Sequence record: PV204681
Length of the DNA stretch: 64,000 nt
From: Escherichia phage vB_EcoM_JQD51
Direction: 5' to 3' (one strand)
Below the pieces are notes generated by a model, which saw only the letters and a list, made by a program, of their open reading frames with translations, was not told the DNA's origin and did no database searches. How positions within the stretch are numbered: the stretch's first letter is position 1; every line of letters starts with the position of its first letter. Shown piece by piece: positions 20,632 through 30,439 of this stretch. Both the position numbers and the translations under genes were made by a program.

Positions 20632-20861
20632 TCAGCTTTAAACGATTCAATGTCAGAGTGGTAAATCCAGAATCCTGCACTTTCACCATCTTCATAGAGT
20701 GGACATCCATCGCATTCATCTTCCCAACCCATATCGCGTAAAAGATGTTCAGCTTTTTCAACAAGTTCAGCGTCTTTACCGACGATGTTGAAGTACCATT
20801 TACCTCTAACTTCAGAATCTTTGATGCTCTGGCGTTGCAATCTCATTTTATTCTCCTTCAC
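20604..20861 (-). CDS. Hypothetical protein (frd.x position)
   Basis: 85-aa ORF. Confidence 0.45.
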   Translation of the reverse strand: MKENKMRLQRQSIKDSEVRGKWYFNIVGKDAELVEKAEHLLRDMGWEDECDGCPLYEDGESAGFWIYHSDIESFKADWKIVKKSV

Positions 20862-20907
20862 TTTTATTTGATAGGGCTACTATAACATAGCCCTATCTTG
20901 TTATAAA

Positions 20908-21300
20908 CTACTTTTTAAAAGTTTTTTGCAAAAGTTTGATGATTTCGTCGACGTTGGTTTCGTCTACGATACAATGGATTTTTGTTACACCTAAAGTTAT
21001 ACCTTCGTTAGTAGGTTGAGGCTTTACTAAATCTACCTCAATAAAGTATTTGAACTCGTCAGGATAGATCTCAAAATAAGTTTCAATTCCACCACCGGCA
21101 GAACATACAGTACCATCTTCCATAGTTACACTTACTACGTTTGACGTATCGCTATCATAATCAGGTTCCATTCCGTTTACAACAAAACTAGGCCCGTGGA
21201 GTTCAATCAATTTTAACATCTTAGCGTTATTGTGTGGTGCTTCTTGAACAAAGTCGTCTTTAAATAAAGGGTTAATGATATAAGATTTTCCGATTTCCAT
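20908..21300 (-). CDS. Hypothetical protein (frd.x position)
   Basis: 130-aa ORF. Confidence 0.45.
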   Translation of the reverse strand: MEIGKSYIINPLFKDDFVQEAPHNNAKMLKLIELHGPSFVVNGMEPDYDSDTSNVVSVTMEDGTVCSAGGGIETYFEIYPDEFKYFIEVDLVKPQPTNEGITLGVTKIHCIVDETNVDEIIKLLQKTFKK

Positions 21301-21384
21301 TTTGATTTCCTCATGTTGTTGATAGAACTATAATATCACATCTAGGGAAGAAGTAAACAACTTTTTTTGGCAATTTACAGATAC

Positions 21385-21408
21385 TCAAAAGGGAGACCGA
21401 AGTCTCCC
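21385..21408 (-). terminator. Intrinsic terminator downstream of gene 32 (GGGAGAC-uucg-GUCUCCC + U4)
   Basis: Inverted repeat 21391-21408 with cgaa loop, A-run 21387-21390. Confidence 0.75.
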
Positions 21409-21414
21409 AATTTA

Positions 21415-22314
21415 TTATAGACCAGCTAACAGGTCATCGAGGTCGCCATCGTCAGAAGACGAGGAACTCATGAAGTCATCTTCAGTTTTTGCAGAACTAA
21501 AGGCTTCCATGTCTTTATCAAAATCGTCGAGGTCAGAAGCAACTTTATCTGCAACAGAAGCTGCGGCAGCTGCTGCACCACCAAGAGCGGCAGTACCAAG
21601 AACTTGAGTAAATTTAGTATTCAATTCTTCAAACGATTTGAACTTATCTTTAGAAGTCATTTCAGAAAGGTCAACCATTTGTTCGAACAATTCTTTCTGG
21701 AAAGATTCATCATCAATGTTTGGAATCGCAGATTGATTCAGGAATTTAGATTCGTCGTAGTTACTGAAACCAGAAACCTGTTTAACTTTCAGCACAAAGT
21801 TAGCACCTTCCCATGGGCAAGTTACATCAACAGGAGTTTCACCCATTTCAGTATCGACTGCAATCATTGCATTGATTTTGTCCCAAATCTTTTTACCGAA
21901 ACGATATTTGAATACTTTACCTTCATTATCTGGAGCTTGTGGGTCTTTAACAACCAGGATATTAGCCCAATAAGAAGTTTTACGTTTCAGTTGAGAATAT
22001 TCTGTTTTGTTTGTATTGTACAGGTCATTTTTACTAATGTACTGACATACAGGACAAGAGTCGTAATCGCCGTGTGTAGATGAACAGGTTTCAATATACC
22101 ATTTACCATTTTTCTTGAACCCGTGGTTAACAAGAATTGCAAACGGAAGTGCGTCATCTGTTTTTGCCGGCAGGAAACGAATTACCGCTTGACCATTACC
22201 GGATGCATCGAGTTTCAGCTTCCATTCACCTTTATCTTCTGAAGAGAAACCTTTGTTACCATTCAGTTTAGCCATCTGAGCTGCAAGGTCTGCGGTACTT
22301 TTACGTTTAAACAT
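21415..22314 (-). CDS. 32: gp32 single-stranded DNA-binding protein
   Basis: 299-aa ORF; N-terminal [18 protein letters not shown], zinc-site CxxxxxxCPVC region and acidic C-terminus as in T4 gp32. Confidence 0.95.
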   Translation of the reverse strand: MFKRKSTADLAAQMAKLNGNKGFSSEDKGEWKLKLDASGNGQAVIRFLPAKTDDALPFAILVNHGFKKNGKWYIETCSSTHGDYDSCPVCQYISKNDLYNTNKTEYSQLKRKTSYWANILVVKDPQAPDNEGKVFKYRFGKKIWDKINAMIAVDTEMGETPVDVTCPWEGANFVLKVKQVSGFSNYDESKFLNQSAIPNIDDESFQKELFEQMVDLSEMTSKDKFKSFEELNTKFTQVLGTAALGGAAAAAASVADKVASDLDDFDKDMEAFSSAKTEDDFMSSSSSDDGDLDDLLAGL

Positions 22315-22385
22315 TTTATTTGCCTTTATTTAGATTAATTAAATTTTACAGTTGGTTGCTACGACACTTATACCTCGTAGCTGGT
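22315..22385 (-). promoter_or_regulatory. Gene 32 leader: candidate autoregulatory translational operator (pseudoknot-like hairpin plus A/U-rich tract)
   Basis: Inverted repeat gctacgagg...tcgtagc followed by uuaauuaaucuaaauaaa tract immediately 5' of the gene 32 AUG. Confidence 0.5.
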
Positions 22386-22391
22386 ATGATT

Positions 22392-22399
22392 TATTTATA
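22392..22399 (-). promoter_or_regulatory. Late promoter TATAAATA upstream of gene 32
   Basis: Plus tatttata = minus TATAAATA. Confidence 0.5.
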
Positions 22400-22427
22400 A
22401 AGTAATTTAACACACAAGAAATAAAGC

Positions 22428-23081
22428 TTAATACTTACATGATTTGATTGTTTCTATGAACAATTTCTTAGCAGCATTTCCATCGATTTGAAGTATTTTT
22501 CGATATGCCTTTAATCTGGTAGAATAATTTTGCCAGACTAAGTTATCGGTGAGTTCGTCGTGCTTATCTATAATATTCAAAAATGAGTCCAACAATAAGA
22601 AAGTCTCAAATGAAATTATATTGCTTTGTAGCAATTTGAATATGTAGCTCGACTGAACGTTGTTATTATAATCAAATATCTCTTGAAGCGCACTAACTTC
22701 AACTTTCTTACTGAAATAGTAGATGTTACGTACATCTTCAGCAAACGTCTCTTTAGCTTGTTTGAGACGTCCAATATATTCCCTATAGAAAACTAATGCA
22801 TCAGCGTCTGATATCTCACCAATCCATGCGTCTTGGTTAGCAACTAAGTTGCTTATGAATATCAAGGTGAGTTCCTTCAATTTATATTTCTCTGATAGTT
22901 TTTCAAAGAAATATTTATCTCGGCGTTTTTGATACGCATTATCAGAAACACGCATGCACCAGTTATATTTGATTACGTCATACCGACCACCAAAATGGTT
23001 TTTGCACATCAAGTATAGTTTATATACCGATTTTCCATTAATATAACGTTCTCCATCAGGAGGCATGCGTATTTTAATCAT
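22428..23081 (-). CDS. 59: gp59 helicase loader
   Basis: 217-aa ORF (T4 gp59 217 aa), collinear identity. Confidence 0.92.
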   Translation of the reverse strand: MIKIRMPPDGERYINGKSVYKLYLMCKNHFGGRYDVIKYNWCMRVSDNAYQKRRDKYFFEKLSEKYKLKELTLIFISNLVANQDAWIGEISDADALVFYREYIGRLKQAKETFAEDVRNIYYFSKKVEVSALQEIFDYNNNVQSSYIFKLLQSNIISFETFLLLDSFLNIIDKHDELTDNLVWQNYSTRLKAYRKILQIDGNAAKKLFIETIKSCKY

Positions 23082-23416
23082 AATAAGAAATCTAACGTAT
23101 TAGTTTTTTCGCCACGAGCAACTGATGGGCGAAGCATGTTTTCGTCAATTGCTTCGCTTGTAATTTTTTCAACAATTCCTGTAGGAATAAATTTAGCAAA
23201 TTGTGTTTCTGGAATAGAATTTTCTTCCAAGAAAGCAGTTGTTGCTTCTAAATAAGACATACCAAATTGTTCAACCATGGATTCGATAATGAATCCGTTT
23301 TCTTGTCGGTCAAGCAATTTAGCGATATCATCTTTATCGTGTTTTACTGCTAATTCTTGTTCAGATAAACCGGCCTCATCAACCGGTTTAATATCACTTA
23401 GTGAAAACTGTGTCAT
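23078..23416 (-). CDS. 33: gp33 late-transcription co-activator
   Basis: 112-aa ORF (T4 gp33 112 aa) between 59 and dsbA. Confidence 0.8.
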   Translation of the reverse strand: MTQFSLSDIKPVDEAGLSEQELAVKHDKDDIAKLLDRQENGFIIESMVEQFGMSYLEATTAFLEENSIPETQFAKFIPTGIVEKITSEAIDENMLRPSVARGEKTNTLDFLL

Positions 23417-23681
23417 AAAGCTCGACTACCTCTTCGTTTTCAGCTTCAAATTGGTCACGAGCGTCTTTATGATAAAGAGCTAACAAACGATTAAACATTT
23501 TTCCATCGACGCCAAGCTCTTCTTTAGCACGAGTACGAATGTCTTTAATCAGTTCATTATAACCAGAAATTTTAAGTTTGTTATCAGAAGCTTCCTTGAC
23601 TAGTTTAGCCAGTTCTTCACCATGCACATCTTGATTAAATTCAACTGCTTCTTTCTTAGCCATGTTTACCTCAGAATTCAT
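23394..23681 (-). CDS. dsbA: DsbA dsDNA-binding protein (late transcription enhancer)
   Basis: 95-aa ORF at conserved position between 33 and rnh. Confidence 0.7.
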   Translation of the reverse strand: MNSEVNMAKKEAVEFNQDVHGEELAKLVKEASDNKLKISGYNELIKDIRTRAKEELGVDGKMFNRLLALYHKDARDQFEAENEEVVELYDTVFTK

Positions 23682-24588
23682 TAATTACACTTGTTAATTT
23701 AGAAAGACCAGATTTTACAAAGTATGAATAAATCTTGCCTTTAGGTTGTGGTTTATATGAGTTATAATACTCTATAATGGTTGAAGCAATATTATCAGGG
23801 ATATAATCAAAATCAATGAGAACCAAATTTTCTTGATACCGTTTATATTCTTCTGCACTTAATAATACTTCAGCTTGAGAACGGTCGTTAGCAATTGCTT
23901 CAATAATTGAAGTTTTCATGCTCGGAGTTCGTTCACCATCAACTCTGGTAAACCAGAAGTCGCCACGAACTCGAACAGATGCAACCCCGTCTTTACGGTC
24001 ACCTTTAAGAATTTTAGTCATGCAATCAATTTCAGCAGAACCGTTCTTAATTTTAACCCATTTTTTCTGTGGTGGTGACCACTGTTTAACGTTAGGATAT
24101 TTGTGTAATTGTGTAAAGTCACCGTCTGATGCAACAATACATACCTTATGTCCAGCTAATGACAAATATTTAGTTAATACACCGATATGGTCATCCGCTT
24201 CATATTTGTCAATATCCATTACAACGTATGGCATGTATTTCTTAATCTCATCAACAACTTGACGGAGCGCAGTAAAATATCCTTCCCAATCCCACTTTGA
24301 AGCTTCACGGTCGGTTTTACGATTTTTCTTGTAATAGTAAGCAAAGTCACGACGCCAATAACCTGAAGTAGCATTATCCATACACAATACAAATTTTGTA
24401 TAGCCTTGCTTACGGAACATCACTACGTTTTTACGAATTGAATTCAAGATTACATGGCGAACCATCGGAACAGTAATTTTATCGCCGTCTTCAAAGTTGT
24501 TTAATGCGGCTGCTAATGCAATGTTACTAAAGTCGGCAAGTGCAATACCTTCTTTGTAATCTTCATCCAACATCATTTCTAAATCCAT
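23671..24588 (-). CDS. rnh: RNase H (5'-3' exonuclease, FEN-1 family)
   Basis: 305-aa ORF (T4 RNase H 305 aa); acidic FEN-type active-site residues; conserved position. Confidence 0.88.
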   Translation of the reverse strand: MDLEMMLDEDYKEGIALADFSNIALAAALNNFEDGDKITVPMVRHVILNSIRKNVVMFRKQGYTKFVLCMDNATSGYWRRDFAYYYKKNRKTDREASKWDWEGYFTALRQVVDEIKKYMPYVVMDIDKYEADDHIGVLTKYLSLAGHKVCIVASDGDFTQLHKYPNVKQWSPPQKKWVKIKNGSAEIDCMTKILKGDRKDGVASVRVRGDFWFTRVDGERTPSMKTSIIEAIANDRSQAEVLLSAEEYKRYQENLVLIDFDYIPDNIASTIIEYYNSYKPQPKGKIYSYFVKSGLSKLTSVINEF

Positions 24589-24653
24589 ATGAACCTCTTG
24601 TTCAGTTAGTCAACTTGACTATAGTAACATACTCATTTGAAAGCGTAAACTGG

Positions 24654-24661
24654 TATAAATA
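24654..24661 (+). promoter_or_regulatory. Late promoter TATAAATA for gene 34
   Basis: Exact TATAAATA 31 nt upstream of gp34 ATG; overlaps divergent early-promoter -35 for rnh. Confidence 0.7.
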
Positions 24662-24691
24662 AGTATTATTGAAACAATAAAGGAAAAACGA

Positions 24692-27600
24692 ATGGCCGAC
24701 ATCAAACGTAAGTTCAGAGCCGAAGACGGTCTGGACGCCGGTGGCGACAAGATTGTTAACGTAGCATTAGCCGACCGTACAGTAGGTACTGATGGCGTAA
24801 ACGTTGACTTCCTGGTACAAGAAAACACCGTTCAAGTATATGATTCTACGCGTGGATATAACAAAGGATTTGTTGTTCTTTATGACAACCGTTTATATCA
24901 AGCAATAAATGATATCGTGTCTCCTTCCGGGGCATTTAACCTTTTACAATGGCGTGCAGTTCGTACCGATGCACAATGGATAACTGTCGCTTCTGGGACT
25001 TATCAACTTTCTTCAGGTGAATCGATTTCGGTTAACACTGGTGCCGGCAATGATATGGTTTTCACATTGCCAAATGCGCCGGTTGATGGTGATACTGTTG
25101 TTTTGGCTGATATTGGTGGAAGAACCGGGACAGTTAAAGTACAGATTAACGCGTCTGTGCAGAGTATTTTAAACTTTAGAGGTGAACAAGTTCGTTCAGT
25201 TTTAATGACGCGACCACGTTCACAACTAGTGTTTGTGTTTAGTAATCGTTTGTGGCAGATGTATATCATTGATTACGGTAAAGAATCAATCACTGTTACA
25301 CCTGCGGCACCATATCAAGCACAAGCAAATGATTTTATCGTTCGTCGTTTTACTAGTGCAGCACCAATCAACATTACACTTCCACGTAATGCTAACAATG
25401 GTGATATAATCAGCCTAGTCGATTTAGATAAATTAAACCCACTGTATCATACAATTGTTAAAACATTTGATGATACAACGTCTATTGGTGAAGTCGGGAC
25501 TCATATTGCCGAAGGCAGAAATGACTCTGACGCGTTTTTTGTTTTTGATGCTGCAAATAGTTTATGGCGTATATGGGAAGGCGACCAGAAATCGCGTCTT
25601 CGTATTATCCGCGCGGATTCAAATATTCGTCCAAATGAAGAAGTTCTTATTTTTGGCACAAATAACGCTACAACCGGAACTATTAATCTTACGCTACCTA
25701 CCGGAATTTTGAGTGGTGACACTGTTAAAATTTCAATGAACTACATGCGTAAAGGCCAAACAGTAAAAATTAAAGCTGCCGAAGGTGATACAATTGCTTC
25801 TTCTGTTGCGTTGCTTCAGTTCCCTAAACGTTCTGAATATCCACCTGATGCTCAATGGGTCTCTGTTACTGAACTAGAATTCAATGGCACTACTTCATAT
25901 GTTCCTGTATTAGAATTATCGTATATCGAAGACACTGATTCTGACACTCATTATTGGGTTGTGCAACAGAATGTCCCTACGGTAGAACGTGTTGATGCTG
26001 GATCTGATGCTACACGAGCTCGTTTAGGTGTTATTGCTCTTGCTACTCAAGCGCAAGCAAATGTTGATTTAGAGAATACTCCAGCTAAAGAAGTTGCTAT
26101 TACTCCTGAAACGTTGGCAAATCGTACAGCAACTGAAGCTCGACGCGGTATCGCCAAAATTGCTACAACAGCGCAAGTTAACCAGAATTCCACAGCGTCA
26201 TTTGTGGACGATACTATTGTTACGCCTAAAAAACTAAATGAGCGTACAGCAACTGAAACTCGTCGCGGTCTTGCTGAAATTGCTACTCAGGCTGAAACCG
26301 ATGCTGGTCTTGATGACACAACGATTATTACGCCTAAGAAATTACAGGCACGTCAGGGTTCCGAAACACTATCGGGTATAGTTAAATATGTATCGACTAC
26401 TTCAGCTATTCCTGCTGAAACTCGTGGTGCCGCAGGCACTAACGTTTATAATAAAACCGTAAATAATTTAACTATTTCTCCTAAAGCCCTTGACCAATAT
26501 AAAGCAACGTATACTCAACAAGGTGCAGTAATTTTAGCTATTGATAGTGAAGTAATTGCTGGTCAATCTCAGTCTGGATACTCTCACGCTGTAGTAACTC
26601 CTGAAACACTACATAAGAAAACTTCTACTGATGGACGTATTGGTTTAATTGAAATTGCTACGCAAGCAGAAACTAATGCTGGGACTGATTATACACGTGC
26701 AGTAACGCCTAAGACGTTAAATGATAGGAAAGCTACGGAAGGATTATCCGGCATAGCCGAAATTGCTACGCAAGTTGAATTTGATACTGGAACTGATGAT
26801 ACTCGTATCTCGACTCCACTGAAAATTAAAACTCATTTTGATTCTTCTGACCGTACCAGTGTTAATTCTGATTCCGGACTTATTGAAGAAGGAACCTTGT
26901 GGAACCATTATACTCTTGATATTTCTAAAGCAAATGAAACACAACGTGGTACACTTCGCGTAGCGACCCAGGCAGAATCTAATGCAGGAACTTTAGATGA
27001 TGTTCTTATTACTCCTAAAAAGCTTTTAGGGACTAAGTCCACTGAAACGTCTGAAGGCGTAATTAAGGTTGCTACTCAGGCTGAAACTGTAACAGGAACT
27101 TCTGCTAATACTGCTGTATCTCCTAAGAATTTAAAATGGATTGTGCAGAGTGAACCAACATGGGCTGCTACTACGGTGATAAGAGGTTTTGTTAAAACTT
27201 CATCTGGTTCAATTACATTCGTTGGTAATGATACAGTCGGTTCTACACAGAACTTAGAGCTATACGAGAAAAATAGCTATGCAGTATCACCGTATGAATT
27301 AAACCGTGTATTAGCAAATTACTTGCCATTAAAAGCAAAAGCTGCTGACACGAATTTATTGGATGGTCTAGATTCATCTCAGTTCATTCGTAGGGACATT
27401 GCACAGACGGTTAATGGTTCACTAACCTTAACCCAACAAACTAATCTGAGTGCCCCTCTTGTATCATCTAGTACTGCTACGTTTGGTGGTTCAGTTTCGG
27501 CAAATAGTACATTAACTATTTCTAATACTGGAACGGCAACTCGTCTTATTTTTGAGAAAGGACCTCAAACTGGAACTAACCCAGCACAGACTATGACTAT

Positions 27601-28567
27601 CAGAGTTTGGGGAAATCAGTTTGGTGGCGGTTCAGATACAACACGTTCTACTGTATTTGAAGTTGGTGATGAAACATCTAATCACTTTTATTCTCAACGT
27701 AATAAAGCCGGGAATATAACGTTTAGCATTAACGGTACTGTGATGCCGATAAATGTTAACGCTTCGGGCTCTTTGAACACGAACGGCGTTGCAACATTTG
27801 GTAGTTCAGTTACTGCTAATGGTGAATTCATCAGCAAGTCAGCAAATGCTTTCAGAGCAATTAGTGGTGATTACGGATTCTTTATTCGTAATGATGGTGC
27901 TAATGTCTATTTTATGCTTACTGCATCGGGTGATCAGACTGGTGGTTTTAATGGATTACGTCCTTTAGCTATTAATAATACATCCGGTCAGGTTACAATT
28001 GGCGAAGGATTAATTATTGCTAAAGGTGCTACTATAAATTCAGGTGGTTTAACTGTTAACTCGAGAATTCGTTCTCAGGGCACTAAAACATCTGATTTAT
28101 ATACCCGTGCGCCAACATCTGATACGGTAGGATTCTGGTCAATTGACATTAATGATTCAGCTACTTATAACCAGTTCCCGGGTTATTTTAAAATGGTTGA
28201 AAAAACTAATGAAGTGACTGGGCTTCCATACTTAGAACGTGGCGAAGAAGTTAAATCTCCTGGTACTTTGACTCAGTTTGGTAATACGCTTGATTCTCTT
28301 TACCAAGATTGGATTACTTATCCAACAACTCCAGAAGCACGTACAACTCGTTGGACACGCACATGGCAGAAAACTAAAAATTCTTGGTCAAGTTTTGTTC
28401 AGGTATTTGATGGTGGAAACCCTCCTCAACCTTCTGATATTGGCGCTTTACCTTCTGATAATGCAACAATCGGAAACTTGACAATAAGAGATTTCTTAAG
28501 GATTGGTAACGTCCGCATTATTCCAGACCCTGTGAATAAATCTGTTAAATTCGAGTGGATTGAATAA
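24692..28567 (+). CDS. 34: gp34 long tail fibre proximal subunit
   Basis: 1291-aa ORF (T4 1289 aa); first plus-strand late gene after divergent junction; repetitive fibre sequence. Confidence 0.9.
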   Translation: MADIKRKFRAEDGLDAGGDKIVNVALADRTVGTDGVNVDFLVQENTVQVYDSTRGYNKGFVVLYDNRLYQAINDIVSPSGAFNLLQWRAVRTDAQWITVASGTYQLSSGESISVNTGAGNDMVFTLPNAPVDGDTVVLADIGGRTGTVKVQINASVQSILNFRGEQVRSVLMTRPRSQLVFVFSNRLWQMYIIDYGKESITVTPAAPYQAQANDFIVRRFTSAAPINITLPRNANNGDIISLVDLDKLNPLYHTIVKTFDDTTSIGEVGTHIAEGRNDSDAFFVFDAANSLWRIWEGDQKSRLRIIRADSNIRPNEEVLIFGTNNATTGTINLTLPTGILSGDTVKISMNYMRKGQTVKIKAAEGDTIASSVALLQFPKRSEYPPDAQWVSVTELEFNGTTSYVPVLELSYIEDTDSDTHYWVVQQNVPTVERVDAGSDATRARLGVIALATQAQANVDLENTPAKEVAITPETLANRTATEARRGIAKIATTAQVNQNSTASFVDDTIVTPKKLNERTATETRRGLAEIATQAETDAGLDDTTIITPKKLQARQGSETLSGIVKYVSTTSAIPAETRGAAGTNVYNKTVNNLTISPKALDQYKATYTQQGAVILAIDSEVIAGQSQSGYSHAVVTPETLHKKTSTDGRIGLIEIATQAETNAGTDYTRAVTPKTLNDRKATEGLSGIAEIATQVEFDTGTDDTRISTPLKIKTHFDSSDRTSVNSDSGLIEEGTLWNHYTLDISKANETQRGTLRVATQAESNAGTLDDVLITPKKLLGTKSTETSEGVIKVATQAETVTGTSANTAVSPKNLKWIVQSEPTWAATTVIRGFVKTSSGSITFVGNDTVGSTQNLELYEKNSYAVSPYELNRVLANYLPLKAKAADTNLLDGLDSSQFIRRDIAQTVNGSLTLTQQTNLSAPLVSSSTATFGGSVSANSTLTISNTGTATRLIFEKGPQTGTNPAQTMTIRVWGNQFGGGSDTTRSTVFEVGDETSNHFYSQRNKAGNITFSINGTVMPINVNASGSLNTNGVATFGSSVTANGEFISKSANAFRAISGDYGFFIRNDGANVYFMLTASGDQTGGFNGLRPLAINNTSGQVTIGEGLIIAKGATINSGGLTVNSRIRSQGTKTSDLYTRAPTSDTVGFWSIDINDSATYNQFPGYFKMVEKTNEVTGLPYLERGEEVKSPGTLTQFGNTLDSLYQDWITYPTTPEARTTRWTRTWQKTKNSWSSFVQVFDGGNPPQPSDIGALPSDNATIGNLTIRDFLRIGNVRIIPDPVNKSVKFEWIE

Positions 28568-28575
28568 GAGGTATT

Positions 28576-29703
28576 ATGGAAAAATTTATGGCTAAGTTTG
28601 GACAAGGATACGTCCAAACGCCATTTTTATCGGAAAGCAATTCAGTACGATTTAAATTAAGCATAGCGGGCTCTTGCCCGCTATCAACATCTCCTGCTTA
28701 TATTAAGTTCCAGGATAATCCACTTGGGTCCCAGGTTTTTTCTGTTGGATTAAACGTTCGTGTAATAAATCCTACAACAGGTGCAGTAGTTGAATCTAAG
28801 TCATATAATTTCTCTACTGAAAACGACGCCACGTCAAGCGCATTCGTTACTTACATGGACACATACGCTTCTAATTTTATATTTGCTCTTGTTACTAACG
28901 CTAAAACAAACTTTCCTCCTGAAGTTCTCGCATGGTTTACTAAAGCTGGAAGTTCTGTTATTCCATTAGCTCAACAAGTTTTAAATATAGTGGACATTTC
29001 TTATTCGGCATTTTATATTTCTGGTAAGAATGCTATAGCACTAGAACATATTAAGTATAGTAATAAGAAAACTTCAACCGACTATAGTACACCACTTGAT
29101 GTTGTGTACGACACGATTAATGATATTGGTGCTACCGGCTTCCCTAGTCGTACGTACGAATCGTCAGACACATTTTTATCCGCTGTTGGAGGTACTAATA
29201 ATGAAATTAAAAGGATGCCTACAACGTCCCTTATTACACCTCTCGCTGGGTATAAATTGAAGGCTGGAGATTTCCTTTATATGAAATTCCAACTAATGGC
29301 CGATGCTGATTTGTTAGCACAAGGGACGACACGACTTTCTATTCGGTTCTTTAAATCTCCTTCTACTTCACCTATTTCATTTAAGGATATAAACTTTGAT
29401 GGGGGTGCAGGTGAATGGAAGATATATGAAGACTACATAGAAATTCCTGCCGGTGCTGACGGGTTCACGATTTATTGTTATCGTACAGCTCCAGTCGGGC
29501 AAGGTGGATTAAGAAACGTTATATTCACTGAAGTATCATGTAATGGAAGCGTTTCAAAACCTGCCGAGTTTGGTATAAACGGTATTCGTGTAAATTATGT
29601 TTCAGAATCTTTAAGTGCCCCAGACATAATGACATTACCTACTCAATCTTCAACTGATACTGGTAAGGTATTTGGACAAGAATTTAAAGAAGCGTCAGAA
29701 TAA
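28576..29703 (+). CDS. 35: gp35 long tail fibre hinge connector
   Basis: 375-aa ORF, T4-sized, between 34 and 36. Confidence 0.85.
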   Translation: MEKFMAKFGQGYVQTPFLSESNSVRFKLSIAGSCPLSTSPAYIKFQDNPLGSQVFSVGLNVRVINPTTGAVVESKSYNFSTENDATSSAFVTYMDTYASNFIFALVTNAKTNFPPEVLAWFTKAGSSVIPLAQQVLNIVDISYSAFYISGKNAIALEHIKYSNKKTSTDYSTPLDVVYDTINDIGATGFPSRTYESSDTFLSAVGGTNNEIKRMPTTSLITPLAGYKLKAGDFLYMKFQLMADADLLAQGTTRLSIRFFKSPSTSPISFKDINFDGGAGEWKIYEDYIEIPAGADGFTIYCYRTAPVGQGGLRNVIFTEVSCNGSVSKPAEFGINGIRVNYVSESLSAPDIMTLPTQSSTDTGKVFGQEFKEASE

Positions 29704-29708
29704 ATTTA

Positions 29709-29733
29709 GGGAGCCTTCGGGCTCCCATTTTTG
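29709..29733 (+). terminator. Intrinsic terminator after gene 35 (GGGAGCC-uucg-GGCUCCC + AUUUUU)
   Basis: 7-bp inverted repeat with ttcg loop, then T-run. Confidence 0.8.
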
Positions 29734-29741
29734 TATAAATA
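29734..29741 (+). promoter_or_regulatory. Late promoter TATAAATA for gene 36
   Basis: Exact TATAAATA 25 nt upstream of gp36 ATG. Confidence 0.7.
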
Positions 29742-29765
29742 TGGTATACATATAAGGAGACAACT

Positions 29766-30431
29766 ATGGCCGATTTAAAAGCTGGTAGTACAACTGGTGG
29801 TGCCGTTATATGGCATCAAGGTAATTTCCCTTTAATGCCAGCAGGTGATGACGTCCTGTATAAAACGTTTAAACTCTATTCAGAATATAATAAACCACAA
29901 GCTGCTGATAACGATTTCGTTTCTAAAGCTAATGGTGGTACGTATGCCGCTCGAGTAACATTTAATAATGGTGTGCAAATACCTTATGCCGTAAATAACA
30001 CAAATCAAAGTGGTATTTATCCTGGCAATGGCGATGCTGCTACTTTTGATACAGCAAATATTGATATTGTTTCATGGTATGGCATTGGTTTTAAATCATC
30101 ACAAGGATCTGCAGGTAGAACTGTTGTTGTTAACACTCGTACTGGTGATATCAGCACTAAAGGTGGTATTTATGCAACTGGTCCTGTCCGTTCTAACGCT
30201 ACTGCTCCGGTTGCAGCAAATGATCTCACAAGAAAAGATTATGTTGATGGACGAATAAATATTGTTACGGATAACGCAAATTCCCGTGTATTGCGTAAAG
30301 GCGATACCATGACTGGTACTTTAACAGCACCAAACTTTTTCTCACAGAATCCGGCGTCTGAGGCTAATCATGTTCCTCGTTTCGACCAGATTGTAATTAA
30401 AGATTCTGTTCAAGATTTCGGCTATTATTAA
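29766..30431 (+). CDS. 36: gp36 long tail fibre distal-half small subunit
   Basis: 221-aa ORF (T4 221 aa). Confidence 0.88.
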   Translation: MADLKAGSTTGGAVIWHQGNFPLMPAGDDVLYKTFKLYSEYNKPQAADNDFVSKANGGTYAARVTFNNGVQIPYAVNNTNQSGIYPGNGDAATFDTANIDIVSWYGIGFKSSQGSAGRTVVVNTRTGDISTKGGIYATGPVRSNATAPVAANDLTRKDYVDGRINIVTDNANSRVLRKGDTMTGTLTAPNFFSQNPASEANHVPRFDQIVIKDSVQDFGYY

Positions 30432-30439
30432 GAGGACTT

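Noticed and set aside
23918-24262. 114-aa plus-strand ORF inside rnh
   Set aside because: Antisense shadow ORF within RNase H coding sequence.
24619-24828. 69-aa minus-strand ORF overlapping the gp34 start
   Set aside because: Overlaps the strongly supported gp34 N-terminus and its late promoter; no independent support.
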